Positions 46,973 to 57,251 of a DNA stretch of 64,000 nucleotides are shown here, piece after piece. Every line of letters starts with the position of its first letter. The stretch's first letter is position 1. The translations under genes were made by a program, and so were the position numbers. A model generated the notes under the pieces. It had not been told where the DNA came from. It ran no database searches and worked only from the letters and a program-made list of their open reading frames with translations. The DNA is from Bryobacteraceae bacterium. Its GTDB lineage: Bacteria > Acidobacteriota > Terriglobia > Bryobacterales > Bryobacteraceae. The stretch is taken from positions 2,587-66,586 of the forward strand of contig JBEKZL010000014.1 of assembly GCA_049509915.1 (NCBI GenBank), in the 5' to 3' direction.

Positions 46973-47195
46973 TCACTCGCCTTTCGTCTTCCGGTGCAGC
47001 CTTTCACGAGCTGCGATCAGGTTTTTCGCGAAAGCGAGGTAATCGAGTTGGCGCTGAGCCGGGTCGGGAGAGCGCAGGACGGCCGAAGGATGGACCGTGG
47101 CAGTGACCGCCTCTGCCGAAGGATAGGGAGAGAATCGCCCACGCTCCTCCCGAAGGCCGCTACGGCGGTACCATTCGTAAAGGTTGCGACCGGTT
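46973..47195 (-). pseudogene. C-terminal relic of a family-4-type uracil-DNA glycosylase
   Basis: The frame reads ...GRFSPYPSAEAVTATVHPSAVLRSPDPAQRQLDYLAFAKNLIAARERL..*. HPSAxLR is the UDG motif B. The frame is closed by a TAA immediately upstream, so only ~74 codons remain. Confidence 0.45.
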
Positions 47196-47486
47196 TACCC
47201 AATATCAGGCGGAAGGCGGTCTGAGGTAGTCGAGTCCTTCTGCCCGATCCTCCCGTAGCGCAATGGCGGCTATATCTGAGTAATTGCTGCGCGTGCGGTC
47301 TGTCCTCAACTCGTCCGTCTCGCTAAAATCTTCGAAATCCTCCTGGGTCTCTCTACTCAGGGGTAAACGTGAGATAAAAATGTCGACCATACGTCTTATA
47401 CCGTCCGCTTCTACTGAGACGCTGGTTGCATGTAGTATGCCAAAACCTTTGGGTTGGTTCTGGCAGCCCAGAGTTACCTGTGATTA

Positions 47487-48524
47487 TCATAAAGTGCGAG
47501 CCAGCGATCCTCGAGTTTCTTTCAGGTCCGACTGGATTCGCCGAGCCTCGTGCGACCCCCCGCGTGACGGCGGCCGGCGGGCGCACTCGGGCGCTTGTCC
47601 GGAAACTGCGCGAGCCGGTGCGCGTTTGTTCGCGCCCGCCCCGACACAGCGGGGCGGCGAAGGTCGTCGAACTGTGACACGACGAACGGCTTCGGCGGAT
47701 TGCACCGCGGTCCTACGGCGCGTGACCAAGGCCCGCCACGCTCTTCGAGCCTGGACGCAGCCGTGGCCGGTGTCGACTGCATCACCCCTCTCGCCAGTCT
47801 GAGGATTCCAGACTCGGATCGTGCCGTCTGCACCTCCCGAGGCGAGTAGCCGCGGCAAGGCGCTAAAGTCCAGCGCCCAAACGGAATTGATGTGCGCGCT
47901 GAGTTGGCGCTGGAAAGCGAAACCGCCCGCGGCGTCCCATATGCGGATAGCGGCGTCGCGGCCAGAAGACGCAAACAGTGCGCCGTCGGGACTGAACGCC
48001 AGCGACCAAACAGATTTCCGATGACCGCCGAGCTCGATGCGGCTCTTCTCCCCCTCCTCGACATTATAGAGTCGCACGCGAGCGCCCGCGGCTGCGGCCA
48101 GCCGCTTGCCGTCGGGACTGAACCGAAGGCAGTGCACGACCGGAGACTGCATGGGCAGCGCATCCACCCGGCGTCTCGCTGCCCAATCGTACAGCGGGAC
48201 ATGGGCCCCGTAGCCGCCGGCGGCGAGGATGTTCCCGCGCGCTGCGAACGCCAGTGAAGGCACCGGCCCTTCGCAAAGCTTCACGGCAGTGATTTCGGGC
48301 GCGGCGGAAGAGAGCGTCGCGATCCGCACTGTGCCGTCGTTGCCGCCCCGGGCGTAGGCCCCGCCTCCAGGGTGAATTGCAGCGCTCCAGACCGGTCCGT
48401 TATTGCCGGTGTGAGTCCGGCAAACGAGCCGGAACGAAGCGTCCCAGAGCTCGACCACGCCGTCCGCGCTGGCCGCCAGCAGAAGTTTACCGGCCGGTCC
48501 GAAGGTCAGTGCCAGAATCCGCAT
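47487..48524 (-). CDS. WD40-repeat protein (six recognisable blades; the 3' third is degenerate)
   Basis: Blades end in DGVVELWD, DGTVRIAT, RVRLYN, DAAIRIWD and DGTIRVWN. After about residue 245 the translation becomes Arg-rich low-complexity sequence. The start overlaps the caspase gene by 19 nt. Confidence 0.65.
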   Translation of the reverse strand: MRILALTFGPAGKLLLAASADGVVELWDASFRLVCRTHTGNNGPVWSAAIHPGGGAYARGGNDGTVRIATLSSAAPEITAVKLCEGPVPSLAFAARGNILAAGGYGAHVPLYDWAARRRVDALPMQSPVVHCLRFSPDGKRLAAAAGARVRLYNVEEGEKSRIELGGHRKSVWSLAFSPDGALFASSGRDAAIRIWDAAGGFAFQRQLSAHINSVWALDFSALPRLLASGGADGTIRVWNPQTGERGDAVDTGHGCVQARRAWRALVTRRRTAVQSAEAVRRVTVRRPSPPRCVGAGANKRAPARAVSGQAPECARRPPSRGGSHEARRIQSDLKETRGSLARTL

Positions 48525-49336
48525 TGCCGTCCGGCGATGGCCCCGGTCGGTTCATACCCGGGAATCAGCCCCACGCCGGACCGCACGACAGCCGGTCCCG
48601 ATTTCACGCCACAACGCGCGATCACCAGGGCGCCACGAACATCCCTGGACCACTTTTGTGGCAACTGTTGCGCATCCGCGCGCACGTGCTCGAAGACGTA
48701 CTCATATAACTCGTCCATGGTGACGAGCCCGTCGCCATCCAGGTCCGCCTGACCGCTCTGCACGCCCTCGATGATGTATTTGGTCAGCAGCCCGTAACGG
48801 TCGCCCTCGCGTTCGCGCGCGGCCTGCACGGCAGTCGACGCCGTGAGGATGTAGCTGCCGCTGCCTCCGGAAACGCGCTGCAACTGATCGTCGATGCCGC
48901 CCCGGAAAAACGCCTGTCCAGCGGCTCCGCTGTAGCAGCAGTCGAGGATCAGCACGATTTTGTTCGACCGTGAGTTGTCGATCATGCATCGAATCGACTC
49001 GATCGGGATCGAGGTGGACTCGAGCGCGTCGGCGACTGTATCCACGCTTGCAAGGTGTAGCCGTCCGTTGTCGTCCTGTTTGCCGTGTCCCGAGTAATAG
49101 AGCAACACGAGATCGTCCTTCGTGGCGACGCGCAGCGCCAGGTTCACCTGCCGCAGGCCCTCATAGTGGGGAACGTTCTTCAGAACGTTGATGCCTTCGG
49201 GCCGGAAGTCGCCGTTGGCCGCCAGTATTTCGGCGAGTCCATCCGCGTCGTTTTCAGGGCAGCGCAGCGGCGCCATCCAGGACTCGGCCTGAAAGCGGCT
49301 GCTGGCGATTAGCACGCCGAATCGACGTTCGGCCAT
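48506..49336 (-). CDS. caspase-family (peptidase C14) protease with C-terminal EF-hand-like loop
   Basis: The catalytic contexts LLYYSGHGKQDD and VLILDCCYSGAAG are present. The calcium-loop consensus DLDGDGLVTMDE matches DxDxDGxIxxxE. Confidence 0.8.
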   Translation of the reverse strand: MAERRFGVLIASSRFQAESWMAPLRCPENDADGLAEILAANGDFRPEGINVLKNVPHYEGLRQVNLALRVATKDDLVLLYYSGHGKQDDNGRLHLASVDTVADALESTSIPIESIRCMIDNSRSNKIVLILDCCYSGAAGQAFFRGGIDDQLQRVSGGSGSYILTASTAVQAAREREGDRYGLLTKYIIEGVQSGQADLDGDGLVTMDELYEYVFEHVRADAQQLPQKWSRDVRGALVIARCGVKSGPAVVRSGVGLIPGYEPTGAIAGRQCGFWH

Positions 49337-49343
49337 CGCAGCT

Positions 49344-49712
49344 CTACCCCTGGGAGAATTGCTCCGCGAGCTTGGCGGTCTTCTCGATCTGGTCGGCTGC
49401 CATATTTTCGGCGTTAATGGTCAACGCCCGCCCGTCGGGTTTCTTGAGTTCCACCTGAAGGGAGCTCTTGCGTTGAAAGTAGGTCTCCAGGACCTTGATG
49501 AGTGCCACGGCCGAGCCGCCACTCAGAAACGTTAGGGCGATAGTGCCAAGGGTCACCGGATCGCCGCGCGACCCGGGCGCGGCCGCGGCGGGTTCCGGCA
49601 GCGCGGCGGTCATGTCGGTCTCGCGACTCAGCGTCCTCACCAGATCCCGCGTGAGTTGCTGCTTTTGCTCGTCGCCCGCCTCCGGGTCCGTTATGCAAAG
49701 AATTGCCTGCAT
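49344..49712 (-). CDS. small protein resembling the effector-associated constant component (EACC1)
   Basis: 122 aa. It has an acidic N-terminal region, a Pro/Ala linker, a hydrophobic helix (LGTIALTFLSGGSAVALIKVL), then LQVELKKPDGRALTINAENMAADQIEK. It lies 8 nt upstream of the caspase gene. The family call is from memory. Confidence 0.55.
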   Translation of the reverse strand: MQAILCITDPEAGDEQKQQLTRDLVRTLSRETDMTAALPEPAAAAPGSRGDPVTLGTIALTFLSGGSAVALIKVLETYFQRKSSLQVELKKPDGRALTINAENMAADQIEKTAKLAEQFSQG

Positions 49713-49818
49713 TGGGACGTCCGCTCAGGATCATAGCACCGGGGCGATTTCAGGACTCTTGTCTCACGCAAGATGAGCCTGAAGAGGAAAGACGGGATGC
49801 TAGGGATTGATCATCAGC

Positions 49819-50164
49819 ATGGACGACACAGAGGCCACGAGCCTGGAGCAGATTCGGGCGTTCCTGGCCGGCAGCGGAGGAGTGCGGTTTGCCGGCCAGC
49901 GGCGCGAGGAGGTGCACGGTTGGGTCGAGAAGACGCTGGTGCGGCTCCAGTACCCGAGCTTGGACAAGCCCCGGCAGCGGATTGGTCCGGCGATACCTCG
50001 CGCGGATGACGGGGCTGAGCCGGGCCCAGGTCACGCGCCTGATCGCGCTCCAGCGCCGCATGGTGTACCGCCGGGAGCGCGGCGGCCAGGTTCCACTGAA
50101 TCAGCCTGCTCACCCCAGAATACCGTCTCAAAAGATACGCGACCACAGTAAAGCCCGAAAGTGA
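49819..50164 (+). mobile_element. frameshifted N-terminal relic of an integrase-core (DDE) transposase
   Basis: MDDTEATSLEQIRAFLAGSGGVRFAGQRREEVHGWVEKTLVRLQY continues after a frameshift near 49980 as GLVRRYLARMTGLSRAQVTRLIA. No catalytic domain follows. Confidence 0.5.
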
Positions 50165-50249
50165 ACACCGGCGGGCTAAGGAAGTCCTGAAAGGGCGGCC
50201 GCGGCCAGAATTGGCTGACCCATTCGTCCGTTGGGCCGTGTCGGGGGAT

Positions 50250-50277
50250 GACAGACCACAAAATGCGATGGTCTGTC
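50250..50277. repeat. stem-loop of the GACAGACCA/TGGTCTGTC family
   Basis: GACAGACCA-CAAAATGCGA-TGGTCTGTC has the same stem as 2044..2071 with a different loop. Confidence 0.7.
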
Positions 50278-50358
50278 CCACCGGCGGCACGGGCCCTCCC
50301 GGCCAAAAGCCCGCTGGCGGTCGGTGCCGGTATGATTGAATTGAAACAGGAGTGGTCG

Positions 50359-51429
50359 ATGGTGCATTCGGGCAACCGGGTGGCGTTGGGGGAACGGGTG
50401 GTACGCGCGGCCGAAGGGGCGTTGGAGCGGCAACAGTACGTCAGTGCGATCGACGTGCTGGTGGGCATGGGGCTATTGACGGCATCGCGCGTGGAGGACT
50501 GGCGGAAGGGGCGGCTCGATTTTCTGGAGCGCGCGATTCAGGGAAACCCCGACAAGATCGCGTATTCGATGGCTGCGTTTCGCCGCTGGGCAGAGGCCAA
50601 AGGACTCCGTGCGAGCGAAACCCGCTATGTTCGCACAACCCGGGCGGGGACCGTGGAACTGCGATTCAGCGAGAGCGGGGACCCGTCGATTGAGAGGCAA
50701 TATCGAATGCATTTTGTATCGCCCGCGCTGCCCGAGCGCAAGCGGGAGAAGATCGAACAGCGGTTAGGGCAGGCGCCGAAACTGGTGGTTTTCGAGATCC
50801 TGCGGGACTCGCAGTGCTCGGAATGCGGGACGGAACTGCCGGAGGGCAGCTTTCTGGTCATGGAAGCGGGGCAACCCTTGTGCCTGGCGTGCGCGCGGCT
50901 GGGGGATTTGGAGTTTCTTCCAGCGGGCGACACGGCCCTGACGCGGCGGGCGGGGAAGTACAGCGAACGGACGGCCGTGGTGGTACGCTTCAGCCGGTCG
51001 CGCGGAAGTTACGAACGGCAAGGCATACTGGCGGAGCGAGCCGCGCTGGAAAAGGCGGAGCGGGAGTGCGTGGAAGATGCCGAAGAGCGGGCGGCGGCGC
51101 GGGTTCGGGCCGCCACGGCACGCGGCGAACAAGATCGGGAACTGGTGCGACGCATGATGGAGCGACTGGCGGAGTTGTTCCCTGGCTGTCCGCGCGGCGA
51201 AATCCGGGAGATCGCCGCCCACACCGCCGCGCGAGGTAGCGGCCGCGTGGGCCGGACGGCGGCAGGCCGGAACCTGGAAGAGCGGGCCTTAACGGCAGCC
51301 GCGCGCGCGGCAATCCGGCACAGGCATACGAATTATGACTCCCTGCTCGCCGGCGGCGCAGACCGGGAACTCGCGCGCGAGCGGGTTGCGGACAAGGTCG
51401 AGGAAGTCCTGGACGATTGGAGAGGGTGA
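50359..51429 (+). CDS. DUF2293 domain-containing protein
   Basis: The C-terminal block is AAIRHRHTNYDSLLAGGADRELARERVADKVEEVLDDW. There is a central Cys pair motif, CSECG...CLAC. A GGAG RBS lies 7 nt before the ATG at 50359. Confidence 0.7.
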   Translation: MVHSGNRVALGERVVRAAEGALERQQYVSAIDVLVGMGLLTASRVEDWRKGRLDFLERAIQGNPDKIAYSMAAFRRWAEAKGLRASETRYVRTTRAGTVELRFSESGDPSIERQYRMHFVSPALPERKREKIEQRLGQAPKLVVFEILRDSQCSECGTELPEGSFLVMEAGQPLCLACARLGDLEFLPAGDTALTRRAGKYSERTAVVVRFSRSRGSYERQGILAERAALEKAERECVEDAEERAAARVRAATARGEQDRELVRRMMERLAELFPGCPRGEIREIAAHTAARGSGRVGRTAAGRNLEERALTAAARAAIRHRHTNYDSLLAGGADRELARERVADKVEEVLDDWRG

Positions 51430-51609
51430 GCGGCGGGCAAGGAAGGAGACGGACCGACGCGGCCCGTTCTGAGTACGTGGTTTCGCAATTACGATGGCGT
51501 GCTGTCGATGCGTGCCGCAATCGGATCCCAACCGCCGGGGAATGCAGATGACTGAATTTAGTTTTTGTTGGCGTTACTCGGCGGTTAATCCTTTTCCGGA
51601 GATTCGCCC

Positions 51610-52257
51610 GTGACCATCCGTCCGGCCAGCGACCGCGCCGTGCTGGTGGAGTTCGCTCAGGAGATTTCGCCAGCGGCTAACGCGCAGGTGCGCAGCCTGA
51701 CGGCGGCGCTGGCTGGGGTGCGCGGCATTCTGAATCTTCATCCCGCGTTTGCCAGCATACTGGTGGAGTTCGATCCGCGCCTGGTGGCGCACGATGCCGT
51801 GGAGGCGCTGGTGCGCGAGCGGGCCGGGGCGGCGACGGAGGCAGCCGAGGAGGGACGGCTGATCGAGATTCCGGTTCGTTATGGCGGCAACGATGGGCCG
51901 GATCTGGAAGACGTCGCGCGGCACGCGGGCCTTTCCGCCGGAGCGGTGGTGAAGTTGCATGCGTCAGCCGTTTATGCGGTTTATTTCGTGGGTTTCGCCA
52001 CCTGCTTTCCTTACCTGGGCGGATTGCCGGAGCGGCTGGCCACGCCGCGCTTGAGCGCGCCGCGGAAGACTGTACCGGCAGGAAGCATCGCCATCGGAGG
52101 CAGCCAGGCGGGTGTCTATCCGCTGGCATCGCCGGGAGGATGGCGGTTGATCGGGCGGACGCCGCTGGGGCTATTCGACATTCATGGCGAACCTCCGGGG
52201 CTGTTGCGGATGGGCGACCGGGTGCGGTTCATTCCCATGGAAGGGCAGCAGCGATGA
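51610..52257 (+). CDS. pxpB: 5-oxoprolinase subunit B (allophanate hydrolase subunit 1 / KipI family)
   Basis: Reads RPASDRAVLVEF...NLHPAFASILVEFDP...FVGFATCFPYLGGLPERL...GSIAIGGSQAGVYP. Confidence 0.85.
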   Translation: MTIRPASDRAVLVEFAQEISPAANAQVRSLTAALAGVRGILNLHPAFASILVEFDPRLVAHDAVEALVRERAGAATEAAEEGRLIEIPVRYGGNDGPDLEDVARHAGLSAGAVVKLHASAVYAVYFVGFATCFPYLGGLPERLATPRLSAPRKTVPAGSIAIGGSQAGVYPLASPGGWRLIGRTPLGLFDIHGEPPGLLRMGDRVRFIPMEGQQR

Positions 52258-53135
52258 GCCGGATTGGCGTCATCGCAGGGGGCCTGGAATCGAGCGTCCA
52301 GGACCTGGGCCGGTTTGGCTGGGCGCACTTCGGGGTATCGGCTTCGGGCGCGGCCGACCCGCTGGCGCTGCGCGCGGGCAACCTGCTGGTGGGCAATGCC
52401 GAGAATGCGGCCGGAGTGGAAATGACGCTGGCAGGAGCGGAACTGGAGTTCGAAGCGGCCGCGGTGGTTGCGCTCACCGGGTCGGATTTCGGTTCCGGCC
52501 TGCCTCTCTGGACGCCGGTCGAGATACCGGCGGGCGGCCGGATCCGCTGCCCGGCTACGCGCGGCGGGGCACGCTGCTACCTCTGTGTCCGCGGGGGGAT
52601 TGAGGTTCCCAAGATCATGGGCAGCGCCTCGGCGCATCTGGTGACGGGAGTGGGAGGGGGCAGGCTGCGCAAGGGCGAAGTGCTCGACATTGGCGATGCC
52701 GCCATCCGGCGTCCGCGGAAGGCCGCGCGGGGATTTCCATCGTGGGAGAAGGCGGCTACAGTGCGGGTTACCGCCGGGCCGCAGGCGGAATGGTTCGGCG
52801 AAGAGATTTATCGAAACGCTTACCGCGTGTCGGAAGAATCGAACCGCATGGGGCTGCGGCTGAGCGGCGCGGCGCTCACTGCAGGCGGCGGCCACATGAT
52901 CACTGAAGGCGTACCACTGGGCGCGGTGCAGGCGCCGCCCGACGGCCAGCCGATCATCCTTTTCGTTGAGCACCAGACCACCGGGGGCTATCCCAAACCG
53001 GCCAACGTGATTTCGGCCGATTTCTGGCGGCTGGGGCAAATGCGCCCGCGCGACGAAATCCGCTTCGAGCGGGTCACGATCGATGAGGCACTCGGCTTAC
53101 TGCAGCGACAGGAAGAGTGGCTGCGCTCGTTGTGA
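52254..53135 (+). CDS. pxpC: 5-oxoprolinase subunit C (allophanate hydrolase subunit 2 / KipA family)
   Basis: Contains GLESSVQDLGRFGWAHFGVSASGAADP and HQTTGGYPKPANVISAD. The ATGA start overlaps the pxpB stop. Confidence 0.85.
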   Translation: MSRIGVIAGGLESSVQDLGRFGWAHFGVSASGAADPLALRAGNLLVGNAENAAGVEMTLAGAELEFEAAAVVALTGSDFGSGLPLWTPVEIPAGGRIRCPATRGGARCYLCVRGGIEVPKIMGSASAHLVTGVGGGRLRKGEVLDIGDAAIRRPRKAARGFPSWEKAATVRVTAGPQAEWFGEEIYRNAYRVSEESNRMGLRLSGAALTAGGGHMITEGVPLGAVQAPPDGQPIILFVEHQTTGGYPKPANVISADFWRLGQMRPRDEIRFERVTIDEALGLLQRQEEWLRSL

Positions 53136-53264
53136 GGCCACACAAACCGCTCCAAGAAGCTGTGAGAAATCACAAATCGCAGGCGGAACCGCCTGCGCCA
53201 CCAAAGCGGGTGCGTTGTTTTCAATGGTGGGGCAGGCGGTTAGCGAAATTCCGAAACGGCGTGC

Positions 53265-54869
<1,605 letters not shown>

Positions 54870-54881
54870 TCAGATTGGTAA

Positions 54882-55202
54882 TTAGCTCGCCTTCGGAAGC
54901 GCCTGAGCAATCGTGTCCACCACTCCCAGGACGTCGTCTTCACGCATGATGATGTACTCGGTGGCGTCCAGTTTGATTTCGCTGCCGGAGTACTTGCCAA
55001 AAAGGATGCGGTCGCCGACTTTGACATCGAGAGCAACCATTGTGCCGTCGTCGAGGCGCTTGCCTTTCCCGACAGCGATCACTTCGCCCTGCTGGGGCTT
55101 CTCCTTGGCCGAGTCGGGGATGAAAATGCCGTTGTGCGCGGCGTCTTTCTCTTCTATCCGCTTTACCACGATACGGTCGTACAAGGGTCGAATGTTCTTC
55201 AT
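54882..55202 (-). CDS. groES: co-chaperonin GroES
   Basis: Reads [15 protein letters not shown]...GEVIAVGKG...[12 protein letters not shown]. An AAGGAGG RBS precedes the start. Confidence 0.95.
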   Translation of the reverse strand: MKNIRPLYDRIVVKRIEEKDAAHNGIFIPDSAKEKPQQGEVIAVGKGKRLDDGTMVALDVKVGDRILFGKYSGSEIKLDATEYIIMREDDVLGVVDTIAQALPKAS

Positions 55203-55274
55203 ACTGTTGCCTCCTTTAGATTGAGTCGGTGAACCCTGTTACTTACCTACCTGCCAGATCCGCTTCCGCTACGC

Positions 55275-55655
55275 CTAGGCGGAGAAGACGAGGCCTTTCT
55301 GAAGATGTCGCGGGTGAGCAAAGACGCTGACGTAGGGCACCTTGAGGAACGAATTATCCCTCACCGCGGTAATCTCGATACTGTTGCATTTCTGCGATTT
55401 CACGGTTTTGATAAGCCGCGCCAACGCGGTGCGCAGCGTCTTCTGTTTATCGAATCCGAAGACGGTGGCCTTGATCTCTCCGGCCATGAAAAAGAAGGTC
55501 CATCCCGCTTCCGGAACTTCCTTCTCGAAGGTGGAACGCGCATTCCGGACCTCGGCCCACCCACTCGAATGAGACTCCCTCTGGAGCAACTGGGAATCCG
55601 GCAAATGCGCGCCTTCATCTACGAGAATGTCGCCGACTGCGATGGTGTCTGTCAT
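55275..55655 (-). CDS. hypothetical protein
   Basis: 126 aa from MTDTIAVGDI with a plausible globular composition. The upstream 23 codons of the track ORF look non-coding. Confidence 0.5.
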   Translation of the reverse strand: MTDTIAVGDILVDEGAHLPDSQLLQRESHSSGWAEVRNARSTFEKEVPEAGWTFFFMAGEIKATVFGFDKQKTLRTALARLIKTVKSQKCNSIEITAVRDNSFLKVPYVSVFAHPRHLQKGLVFSA

Positions 55656-55674
55656 GGTGTGCCTCCTGGTGTGA

Positions 55675-55860
55675 CTAGGCGGCGTGGGACAGCCATTCGA
55701 CGGGGTGCTCGCGGACGCCGCCATTACGTTCGGCGATGTCCGCCCATTTGACGTCTTTTCTCAGGTGCAGAAACACGCCAGGAGTGCCCTGGTATGTGCC
55801 ATGGGCTAACACAACCTGGTCGCCTTCATGGAATTCGGGAACGGCGGAAATAGTATTCAT
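55675..55860 (-). CDS. small hypothetical protein (KOW/SH3-like?)
   Basis: 61 aa, containing FHEGDQVVLAHGTYQGTPGVF. It lies 20 nt upstream of the next gene. Confidence 0.4.
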   Translation of the reverse strand: MNTISAVPEFHEGDQVVLAHGTYQGTPGVFLHLRKDVKWADIAERNGGVREHPVEWLSHAA

Positions 55861-55874
55861 GATGAGCCCTCGCG

Positions 55875-56558
55875 TTATGGCCGAAACTTGGATTTGTTTA
55901 CAAGTCTGGCCTTATCCAGCCTTGCTTGCTCGATGTCGCTATCCTTCGCCAGGCGTTCCGCCTCCCTTTGAGGCGCTTCGTTCAGGTCGAGGCGGTCGGC
56001 TTCGGCGTTGGCGGATTGAGCTTGGATTTCGACCGCCTTGAGGACACCGACCAGCTTGAAGCCACGGCCGTAGGGGGCCCGGACCAGGTCGAAGCGGTGC
56101 AACGAGTCCTGCCACGTGGCGAGAACTTCCTCCTGGTCGCCATAGCTTCCCGGCACGGCTTTCGAAGGTGCGGCCGGCAGTGTGGCAGGTCCATAAGTTG
56201 CGGAGACGGCTTCAACGAGGTCGTTGGTGGTGAGCCCTTCGGTCTCGTACCGATCGTAGTTCACCGCAATGCTAAACAATTGGCCGTCGTAGAAGCTGAA
56301 GACCACCTGCTGCGCGGACTCTGTCTGGGACGAGGCGCCGAGCGATTGGGGACGCCACTCGAGTTCCTGGATCAGGGCCGGCCGGCTATGGATTGCTTTC
56401 ACGTCGGATGGATTCGTGCCCGCCTGTTTGGCCACGGTCGCGAGGTCCGTTCCGAACTGGAAGTCGCGGTATTTGGAAAGATCTCCGGCCGTTGCCGTGG
56501 CCGATAGCACTCCGAGCACCGCAAATGTGACCGCGGATGTCAGTACGAACTTAGTCAT
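55875..56558 (-). CDS. secreted hypothetical protein
   Basis: The signal peptide is MTKFVLTSAVTFAVLGVLSATATA. It is followed by a ~200-aa domain and a charged C-terminal helix. Confidence 0.55.
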   Translation of the reverse strand: MTKFVLTSAVTFAVLGVLSATATAGDLSKYRDFQFGTDLATVAKQAGTNPSDVKAIHSRPALIQELEWRPQSLGASSQTESAQQVVFSFYDGQLFSIAVNYDRYETEGLTTNDLVEAVSATYGPATLPAAPSKAVPGSYGDQEEVLATWQDSLHRFDLVRAPYGRGFKLVGVLKAVEIQAQSANAEADRLDLNEAPQREAERLAKDSDIEQARLDKARLVNKSKFRP

Positions 56559-56994
56559 TGTCTTTCGTTCTCCTTTTGCGCCAGGTGAGCGAGGCGACAA
56601 ACGGGAAGGCGCTTGCCAACACCAAACCGCGTTGCCAGTCGCTCGAGAAACCGAATACCGGCGCCACCGGATTGTAAAGTAGCGCAAGTGCCCCGAACAC
56701 AGCCGCGGAAACGTAACGCCTCGAGCGTAAGGCTTGAAACATCATCACCGTCGACCCGGCAGCCGCCGTGAATCTGACCACCACATCGTATGGACCAAGT
56801 TGGGACCAGAGCGCAGCTGCCGCGACCAGCGCGGCGATCGATAGCCACTTCACGGCCTGCACGCCTGCGTCGTTGCTTCGACGCTCCCGCGCGCGGCCCT
56901 TCGCGACCCAGGTTTGCCACACCGTTTCGTTGAGCGTCGTGGCTGCAGGCGTCCACACTTCTTGTTGACGCGGCAATGCTACTGAAGCAGACAT
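56551..56994 (-). CDS. membrane protein, unknown function
   Basis: 147 aa from MSASVAL with three or four hydrophobic helices. It overlaps the downstream gene by 8 nt. Confidence 0.5.
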   Translation of the reverse strand: MSASVALPRQQEVWTPAATTLNETVWQTWVAKGRARERRSNDAGVQAVKWLSIAALVAAAALWSQLGPYDVVVRFTAAAGSTVMMFQALRSRRYVSAAVFGALALLYNPVAPVFGFSSDWQRGLVLASAFPFVASLTWRKRRTKDND

Positions 56995-57251
56995 TTCTAA
57001 CCCTCTTTCTCCGGCGATCGGTTGCTTGCAGTCCCCACGCGGGTGGCGCAACAATGATCGGATTGTACGGATGAGCTAAGGGAAACGGGGATCAGATCGC
57101 CTGACTTAGTTCAGATGATCCGCGAGTGGGCGGGAATCGCTCAGACGTTAACCATTATGGGTTAAGCGTTCTTGCTTGTCAAGCGTATTTGTGGCAATAT
57201 GGTGGTGCGCATTAACCAATTTAAGTTAAGAAAGGCACACAAGGCAGCTCC

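Noticed and set aside
47205-47390. 61-aa acidic ORF downstream of the WD40 gene, in a lower-GC stretch
   Set aside because: It has no recognisable motif, weak start context and atypical composition. It is kept only as part of the cassette coordinates and not called as a gene.
50248-50358. Upstream extension (MTDHKMRWSV…) of the DUF2293 ORF
   Set aside because: It begins inside the GACAGACCA hairpin repeat. The ATG at 50359 has a GGAG RBS.
55203-55274. Looked for a CIRCE element (TTAGCACTC-N9-GAGTGCTAA) upstream of groES
   Set aside because: No match or near match is present. Regulation is presumably sigma-32-type or otherwise, and cannot be called from the sequence.
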